DNA of 64,000 nucleotides from a virus (taxonomy: Duplodnaviria; Caudoviricetes), in IMG/VR virus record IMGVR_UViG_3300007541_000020, positions 1,076 through 65,075 of that record; one strand, 5' to 3'. Each line of letters begins with the position of its first letter. The stretch's first letter is position 1. Shown in pieces: positions 58,094-64,000 of this stretch. Below the pieces are notes generated by a model. It was not told the origin of the DNA. It saw only the letters and a list, made by a program, of their open reading frames with translations, and did not search any database. The position numbers and the translations under genes were made by a program.

Positions 58094-58100
58094 ATGGGCT

Positions 58101-58412
58101 ATGATAAGAAAATCAGATGAAAAAAAGGATATATTTTTAGTATCAAGCGCGAATTGGGAAATTGTTTTGGATTCAGAAAATGAAAGTTTCGCTGTAAGCG
58201 AGGCTCTTTCAAGGGCTTATGAAAAATACAAGGAAAAGCTTTCTCTATCCACTACAATTTCAGTCTTTAATGTATCAAAATCTTATAAGAAAATGATTGA
58301 TATTGATAATATATCATTTTTTCATACTCCTGCATCTCTAGCAGATGCAGGTTTTCATGACTTAGCTTCAAAATACTCAGAATTTTTTAAATCAATTAAA
58401 AATGAATCTTAA
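58101..58412 (+). CDS. Hypothetical protein
   Basis: ORF track starts at TTG 58065, which coincides with a -35 box; ATG at 58101 preferred. Confidence 0.65.
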   Translation: MIRKSDEKKDIFLVSSANWEIVLDSENESFAVSEALSRAYEKYKEKLSLSTTISVFNVSKSYKKMIDIDNISFFHTPASLADAGFHDLASKYSEFFKSIKNES

Positions 58413-58926
58413 TTTACATAAAAACAATAGCGAAAACCTTCATAATCCAAAAAACGAAGGAGATGCTGGTTACGATTTAGTGGCTTTGTCTGACCCCAAA
58501 ATAAAAGGGGATTTATTTTCTCCATATTTATATAAAAGTATTTCATATATAGAATATGATACGGGTGTGAGTATAGCCCCGAACTGCTTAGGGGGTAAAT
58601 CGGATAAATTTTTTTCCTTACTTTTCCCTAGGTCAAGTATTAGTAAATACAATCTATCTTTATGTAACTCAGTCGGAGTAATTGATTCTGGATATAGGGA
58701 TACAATAAAAGTTAGGTTCAAATACATACCTCAGCCAGAAAATTATTACATAATCAATGAAGCTAAAAATTTATTAATTGGAGTTGATGATTCTAAAATA
58801 TATAAAAAGGGAGATAGGATTGCCCAAATCGTTTTCACTAAACATCTTCATCCGAAAATTTTTATAGTTGATGATTTGTCAGATTCTGATAGGGGTATTG
58901 GCGGTTTCGGAAGCACTGGATTATGA
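58402..58926 (+). CDS. dut: dUTPase (trimeric)
   Basis: DAGYDL, PRSSISK, GVIDSGYR, GDRIAQ and RGIGGFGSTG: motifs I-V. Confidence 0.95.
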   Translation: MNLNLHKNNSENLHNPKNEGDAGYDLVALSDPKIKGDLFSPYLYKSISYIEYDTGVSIAPNCLGGKSDKFFSLLFPRSSISKYNLSLCNSVGVIDSGYRDTIKVRFKYIPQPENYYIINEAKNLLIGVDDSKIYKKGDRIAQIVFTKHLHPKIFIVDDLSDSDRGIGGFGSTGL

Positions 58927-59468
58927 TAATAGGATTAACTGGCTTAGCTAGAAGTGGAAAAGATTCATTCTTTAATTTTGCAAAAAAATATTTGATCAAA
59001 AATGATTTAAAAATTAAAAGGTACGCATTTGCCGATGCTCTAAAAAAAGAATGTGAAGAATTTATATATAAAAACACAGGGATTTCTGTTTTTACAGAAG
59101 ATTCTTATGAAAAAAGTTTGATAAGACCAACTTTGGTTGCGTACGGAACTCATTTAAGGAGAATGATTGATCCAGATTGCTGGATTAAGAAAATATCAAA
59201 ATTAGTTGAAGAAGATAATTCGAAAAATTATATTATTTTCATAACAGATGTAAGATACCCAAATGAACTTAATTGGATTAAGTCAATCGGCGGATCAATT
59301 ATACATATTTCAAAAGAAGGAAACTCATGCCCCAATTTAGAGGAGAATGAAAACGATCCAATTTTAAAAAAACTTTCTTCGTTTAGTTTTTCTTGGGAAC
59401 CCTTTGATAAAAACCCCAACGGAGAACAATCCGTAAACTATTTTTTTGAAAAAAATTTTAAATTTTAA
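58923..59468 (+). CDS. Deoxynucleoside monophosphate kinase
   Basis: IIGLTGLARSGKD P-loop, FADALK and ITDVRYPNE. Confidence 0.9.
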   Translation: MIIGLTGLARSGKDSFFNFAKKYLIKNDLKIKRYAFADALKKECEEFIYKNTGISVFTEDSYEKSLIRPTLVAYGTHLRRMIDPDCWIKKISKLVEEDNSKNYIIFITDVRYPNELNWIKSIGGSIIHISKEGNSCPNLEENENDPILKKLSSFSFSWEPFDKNPNGEQSVNYFFEKNFKF

Positions 59469-59469
59469 A

Positions 59470-60060
59470 ATGAACTCTACAATTGATAAAAATGTAAGTG
59501 ACGAACAGTTAATAAATAACATCAAAAACAATATTCTTTCATCAGAATCTCTTGATGTTTTATATGAAAAATACTCAAAAGTATATTATCAAATAATACA
59601 TCATTATTTTAAGAATAATGATTGTAATGAAAAAAATGAATTAATAAAAGAGTGTAAATATAATATTTATTTCTGTGCTTTGGATTTTAAAAAAGAAAAA
59701 GGTGCAAAATTCTCTTCTTATTTAGGGAATAAAGCTAGATGGCTTTGCCTTACCTTTTTCAATAAAAATAAAAAAATTAAAACTATTGATGACTCAGAAC
59801 TTCAAAACCAAGAAGACACTATATGCTTATACAGGCACATATCATCAAGAGAAACAATTCAAAATTTTTTAAATGAAGTAGAGAATGATCCAGATCACAG
59901 AATAAAAAAAATATTCAATTTAAGATACTTTTCAAGTAAAACTAATAAACTTAGATGCTGGCGAGAAATAGCTGAGCAACTTGGATTAAGCGTTCAAGGC
60001 TGCATCAACATACATAACGATTACTTAAAAAAACAAAAATATACAAAATATGATAAATAA
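59470..60060 (+). CDS. Phage sigma70-family RNA polymerase sigma factor
   Basis: Region 2-like FKKEKGAKFSSYLGNKARW and region 4 HTH WREIAEQLGLSVQGCINIH; ATG at 59470 preferred to TTG at 59446. Confidence 0.8.
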   Translation: MNSTIDKNVSDEQLINNIKNNILSSESLDVLYEKYSKVYYQIIHHYFKNNDCNEKNELIKECKYNIYFCALDFKKEKGAKFSSYLGNKARWLCLTFFNKNKKIKTIDDSELQNQEDTICLYRHISSRETIQNFLNEVENDPDHRIKKIFNLRYFSSKTNKLRCWREIAEQLGLSVQGCINIHNDYLKKQKYTKYDK

Positions 60061-60451
60061 ATTTATAGGAATGGGCTACTCTGGATCAAATCCAGAAATA
60101 AAAAAGTTTGAATCTGGAAAGCAAAAATGTACCTTTTCTATAGGAATAAACATAGGAAAAGAAACTACTTGGATAGAAATTGAATGTTGGGATAGGATTG
60201 CAGAAAATGCTTCCAAGTATATAAATAAAGGCTCCTTGGTTTTTGTAGAGGGCAAATTAAAATATTCTACATGGAAAGACTCGGGCGGAAATAACAGGAG
60301 TAAGTTGTTATGTATTTGTGATTTCTTAAAAATATTAAACAATAAGCAAGAAGCTAATGAAGCCTTAACTCAAAAAAATATTGATTCAGAAAAAAAATCT
60401 ACTGAGAATGAAAATTCTCAATTGTCTAATTTTGATGATGTTCCTTGGTAA
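60050..60451 (+). CDS. ssb: Single-stranded DNA-binding protein
   Basis: TTWIEIECWD and KGSLVFVEGKL OB-fold motifs; acidic tail FDDVPW. Confidence 0.9.
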   Translation: MINKFIGMGYSGSNPEIKKFESGKQKCTFSIGINIGKETTWIEIECWDRIAENASKYINKGSLVFVEGKLKYSTWKDSGGNNRSKLLCICDFLKILNNKQEANEALTQKNIDSEKKSTENENSQLSNFDDVPW

Positions 60452-60457
60452 TTTTTT

Positions 60458-60485
60458 TTGATTTATTAATAATTATATATATAAT
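60458..60485 (+). promoter_or_regulatory. Sigma70-like promoter TTGATT-N16-TATAAT (leaderless)
   Basis: The -10 box ends 5 nt before the ATG at 60491. Confidence 0.55.
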
Positions 60486-60490
60486 AATAT

Positions 60491-61561
60491 ATGGAAAAAA
60501 TTATTTTAAAAGCTCCGTTTAATTCTTTATCATTAGGAAATGTATCTTACAATATAGCAAGAGAGTTATATAAAAAGGGTATATCAACAAGTATTTTCCC
60601 CAAAGGAAATAATTTTGAATTCGATGCTTTTGATAAATTAGATGAAGATTTTAAAAAATGGCTTGAAGGCTCCACTAATAATCGATTTTTAACAATCGAC
60701 AAAGATACTCCTTGTCTTTCTATCTGGCACATAAATGACAGCCAAGACTCTATCGGAAGGAAGAGTTATCTATATACTTTTTACGAACTAAATAATCCTA
60801 CAGATACTGAAAAAAACATCTGTAGATTACATGAAAAAACAATCTTTAGTAGCTCTCACGCCTCGAACTGTTTTGAAAATTCTAGTTATGTCCCCCTCGG
60901 CTTTGATGAAGATTTTGCAAAAACCAACAAATCTTATTTAAAAGATAAAATTCATTTTGGCTTGATCGGCAAATGGGAAAAAAGAAAAAATACTGATAAG
61001 ATAATAAAATATTGGGCTGAAAAATATGGTAATAATAATAATTATCAATTAACATGTTGCGTAATTAATCCATTTTTTAAAACAGAGGAAATGAATGCAT
61101 TAATAGCAAACACCTTAGAAAACAAACATTATTCGAATATAAATTTTTTGCCAAGATTAAAGACTAATTCTGAAATTAATGAATTATTAAATTCTATTGA
61201 CATCGACTTATCTGGACTCAGCGGGGGAGAGGGCTGGAATTTACCATCATTTAATTCAACTTGTCTAGGTAAATGGAGTATAGTCATGAATCATACTGCC
61301 CATAAAGATTGGGCTAATGAACAAAATTCTATTTTAGTTAATCCAACTTCTGAAGTTGATTCTGAGGACGGGGTTTTCTTTCAAAAAAATAGTTCCTATA
61401 ACCAAGGCACTTTTTACTCAATATCCAAAGACGAAATAATATCTTTGTTTGAAAAATCAGAACTTTACAAAGATAAACCGAATCTTGAAGGAGAAAAATT
61501 AAAAGATAAATTTACATATCAAAATACATTAGATAGTATATTAAACATAATGAAGGAATAA
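60491..61561 (+). CDS. Glycosyltransferase, GT-B/GT4-like
   Basis: VPLG, GKWEKRKN and SGGEGWNLPSF motifs. Confidence 0.85.
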   Translation: MEKIILKAPFNSLSLGNVSYNIARELYKKGISTSIFPKGNNFEFDAFDKLDEDFKKWLEGSTNNRFLTIDKDTPCLSIWHINDSQDSIGRKSYLYTFYELNNPTDTEKNICRLHEKTIFSSSHASNCFENSSYVPLGFDEDFAKTNKSYLKDKIHFGLIGKWEKRKNTDKIIKYWAEKYGNNNNYQLTCCVINPFFKTEEMNALIANTLENKHYSNINFLPRLKTNSEINELLNSIDIDLSGLSGGEGWNLPSFNSTCLGKWSIVMNHTAHKDWANEQNSILVNPTSEVDSEDGVFFQKNSSYNQGTFYSISKDEIISLFEKSELYKDKPNLEGEKLKDKFTYQNTLDSILNIMKE

Positions 61562-61562
61562 A

Positions 61563-61949
61563 ATGCCTGTATATTTATACAAGAATCCTGAAACGAATGA
61601 ATTTATTGAAGTTATTCAAGGAATGAATGAAGAACATGTTTATTTTGACCAAAATGGGCTAGAATGGAAAAGAGTTTTTCTTTCCTCCCAATTAAATACT
61701 CAAGGAACAATAGATCATTGGAGTTCAAATGATTTTGTAAATAAAACCGCTAACACAAAAGGCTCTTATGGAGATTTAATGGATAGAAGTGCAGAATTAT
61801 CTGAAAAGAGAGCTAATGATAATGGTGGGATTGATCCAGTCAAACAAAATTATTTTAAAAATTACGCTGATTCAAGAAAAGGCACTTTACACCCTCAAGA
61901 CCCAAGGATTAAAAAGAAAGAAAATAAAAATTATAAAATAGATTTTTAA
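61563..61949 (+). CDS. FmdB-like small protein lacking the zinc-ribbon cysteines
   Basis: MPVYLYKNPETNEFIEVIQGMNE resembles the MPxYxY ribbon family. Confidence 0.55.
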   Translation: MPVYLYKNPETNEFIEVIQGMNEEHVYFDQNGLEWKRVFLSSQLNTQGTIDHWSSNDFVNKTANTKGSYGDLMDRSAELSEKRANDNGGIDPVKQNYFKNYADSRKGTLHPQDPRIKKKENKNYKIDF

Positions 61950-61952
61950 AAA

Positions 61953-62183
61953 ATGAAAATGGAATACACAAAAGAAGAGATAATGAATCAATTTTTTGCA
62001 AATAAAAATTTTTGTAAAGAACATCCGAAGCGTATGTTTATTAAGGATTGTCAGTCAATAAGAGACGGATTTGATTCAGAACTAAGTCAAGGTGGAAAAG
62101 GATGCTCTAGTTGCAAAAGAAATGCTATTGTAAGGAAATATCAAACTATTTTAAGGGCGAATATAATTCCAATACCTAATTAA
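61953..62183 (+). CDS. Small Cys-containing protein (GCSSC)
   Basis: 76 aa, four Cys including CxxC; tightly packed with its neighbours. Confidence 0.6.
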   Translation: MKMEYTKEEIMNQFFANKNFCKEHPKRMFIKDCQSIRDGFDSELSQGGKGCSSCKRNAIVRKYQTILRANIIPIPN

Positions 62184-62188
62184 AGATT

Positions 62189-62527
62189 ATGTTTTTTTAT
62201 TATTATTTAATCGGATTATTATTCGTTTCTAATATTATTGTTGTTTTAAAATTCACAAATATTTCAGTTCATATTTACAATATTTTTAACTCTAAGAATA
62301 AATTTTATTTACACGAGGAACTTGAAGATTATTTTTCTTTAAATTATCCAATTTTTGGGGAATTATTTGCATGCCCAATTTGCCTGTCTACTCATTTATC
62401 TTGGATAACTTCTATTTTTTTATGTTTTATTTTTAATGTTAATTTTTTATTAGTTCCTTTGTCTATGTTTACATGGCCCTGCTTGGTATTTCTTTTTTAT
62501 TCTACACTTTTAAAACTTAATAATTAG
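62189..62527 (+). CDS. Small membrane protein, DUF1360-like
   Basis: About three hydrophobic helices; GELFACPICLSTHLSW motif. Confidence 0.6.
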   Translation: MFFYYYLIGLLFVSNIIVVLKFTNISVHIYNIFNSKNKFYLHEELEDYFSLNYPIFGELFACPICLSTHLSWITSIFLCFIFNVNFLLVPLSMFTWPCLVFLFYSTLLKLNN

Positions 62528-63977
62528 AGTCAGGTCCTCCTCCGTCTATTGTTTCAGAAAAAGAAGTTTCAATACTCCCTATCATCGGAAAAGAATTTTT
62601 ATACTTATGATTAGACCCCAAAGGATTATTTTCTCCTAAACCAAAACATTTGTTTGCTAAATATCCTTCGATTTTTTCTAAATTTTCTCCGCTAAGAATA
62701 TCATTAAATACAAGAATTTGCCTAATCTTCCCCTCAAAATAACTGTTACTATTAATATCATCAGAAGAGTTTCCTATATTAAAAAATCCATCTACACTGT
62801 TCAACACATAATTAATATTATCACCAAATACATTATTTATATTTCCTGATCCATTTATATTATCTGTATGAGATATGTTTGATCTTGTTGAAACTCTAAC
62901 ATACTTCCCCATTCCAGTTGGAACTGTTCCTGCACTTACTTGATTTCCGAAATTCAAAGAATTATCCGCCCTTAGGGAAAAAGATTCCTTGCTTGGAGAT
63001 CCATCATAATCTCTAAACCCTACTATTTCCATTGGGTTATTTTGGTCTATATCTCCGTCTATTTCATATGCAATTGCTATTGTAAGACCATGATCAAACT
63101 CCCAATTTGTTTTTCCCGAAAGAAACGAATCAAAAGTTGACTCGTAGTAATCATTACTTCCATCAAATTCGATATAATTTTTATCTCCAAACATATCTAT
63201 TTTTGCTTCGCTTAATCCAGCTCCACTTATTATATATCCTTGATGAATATCTTGCCATTCAGATACATCTCTTTGTGTACTGTATTGCCCAATAAAATTA
63301 TCAGCATCGAAATTTAACATTAATAAGTTTTGCTGGTTATCTCCTGTGGTTTGCGAAGGAGTATATGGTCCAATTATGCTATCATTTCTTACTCTATGCC
63401 AATTATTGTTTATATAGTATGCAAATGTATCCGATCCATCATAATATCCATTTTTTATAATTGCTATATCTCCATCATTTGCATTCTGTATGTCATATAA
63501 TTCAAAAACATTTGCGTTACTGAATGACTGTTGTGATAAAGTCACCCCATTCACTATTATTTCTTCAAAATACCCCGTTCCGTCCACAGTAAGATCTGCA
63601 CCATTATATAAAGAGCTAGTAATTGTTAGATTATTTGTATATGTTGAGATGTAATCATTATATAAATTTAATCCATCTCTTATATATAGTGGTCCGTCAA
63701 TATTGACACCATCTCTAAAACAAAAATTGGCAGCTCGAATATCTTGATCTAAATAGTAATTTAATTTTGTTCCATCGGAAAAAGATATTCCAGAGGGATG
63801 CATCATCCCTGATGCATTCATTCCCCCATCTATTAAATAAGATTCTCCAGATAATAATATTTGGTTATTTATACCTTTAATTCCCGTAGCATAAATATCA
63901 CCGCTTACGGTGATATCGTTTTCTAAAACCAAGCCTTCTCCAGTTACATATACTCCGCTCGGGAAATCTAGATGCAA
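62517..63977 (-). CDS. Fibre/virion protein with C-terminal LamG-like domain; 5' part lies beyond the window
   Basis: LNFDA, IEFDGSNDY and FEGKIRQILVFNDILS...IEGYLANK are LamG-like; the frame is open to base 64000. Confidence 0.7.
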   Translation of the reverse strand: MHLDFPSGVYVTGEGLVLENDITVSGDIYATGIKGINNQILLSGESYLIDGGMNASGMMHPSGISFSDGTKLNYYLDQDIRAANFCFRDGVNIDGPLYIRDGLNLYNDYISTYTNNLTITSSLYNGADLTVDGTGYFEEIIVNGVTLSQQSFSNANVFELYDIQNANDGDIAIIKNGYYDGSDTFAYYINNNWHRVRNDSIIGPYTPSQTTGDNQQNLLMLNFDADNFIGQYSTQRDVSEWQDIHQGYIISGAGLSEAKIDMFGDKNYIEFDGSNDYYESTFDSFLSGKTNWEFDHGLTIAIAYEIDGDIDQNNPMEIVGFRDYDGSPSKESFSLRADNSLNFGNQVSAGTVPTGMGKYVRVSTRSNISHTDNINGSGNINNVFGDNINYVLNSVDGFFNIGNSSDDINSNSYFEGKIRQILVFNDILSGENLEKIEGYLANKCFGLGENNPLGSNHKYKNSFPMIGSIETSFSETIDGGGPDSNY

Positions 63978-64000
63978 CTTATCTTGATGTAAGTTTATGC

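Noticed and set aside
51329-61561. Glycosyltransferases as DNA hypermodification enzymes
   Set aside because: No hydroxymethylase or other base-modification partner is in the window, and the families (GT90, exostosin-like, glf) point to protein or surface glycans. Not excluded for the two GT4-like genes.
1-64000. Alternative genetic code (stop-codon reassignment)
   Set aside because: Standard-code ORFs are very long and tile the window, and TGA and TAA end genes at tight junctions. No fragmentation suggests recoding.
1-64000. CRISPR array, tRNA, rRNA, integrase, transposase, intron or intein
   Set aside because: No spaced direct repeats, cloverleafs or relevant protein motifs were seen, and intergenic gaps are short. 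By-eye reading could miss a degenerate element.

Overview
The window is a 64-kb, very AT-rich, densely coding piece of a large tailed dsDNA phage (Caudoviricetes) with a siphovirus-type tail. It appears to use the standard genetic code. No rRNA, tRNA, CRISPR array, integrase or transposase was seen. In order it contains: (1) a giant mosaic surface or virion protein of at least 4216 aa, open to the left edge; (2) a head module (portal, protease-scaffold, decoration, major capsid); (3) neck genes interrupted by three minus-strand genes, two of which are paralogues; (4) a tail tube, a 3304-aa tape measure protein (TMP), two tube paralogues and a lambda-like M-L-K-I-J tail tip; (5) an orphan 1100-aa protein; (6) a seven-gene minus-strand glycan cassette (glycosyltransferases, UDP-galactopyranose mutase, methyltransferase); (7) dUTPase, dNMP kinase, a sigma factor, SSB, another glycosyltransferase and small genes; (8) a truncated fibre-like gene. 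The main hypotheses are these. (a) Exposed tail-protein segments are strongly enriched in Ser/Thr-Gly dipeptides next to GT90-like and exostosin-like enzymes, suggesting proteoglycan-like O-glycosylation of the virion. (b) The TMP has seven G-x-[IV]-P-N-[FY] motifs separating unrelated modules, suggesting a processed cargo-delivery polyprotein. (c) The protease-scaffold gene looks herpesvirus-like, with a nested scaffold, an internal promoter and Ala-Ser cleavage-type sites. (d) A [GC]TGTA late-promoter motif may be read by the phage sigma factor. All family calls come from reading motifs by eye, and all counts are manual; no database searches were run.
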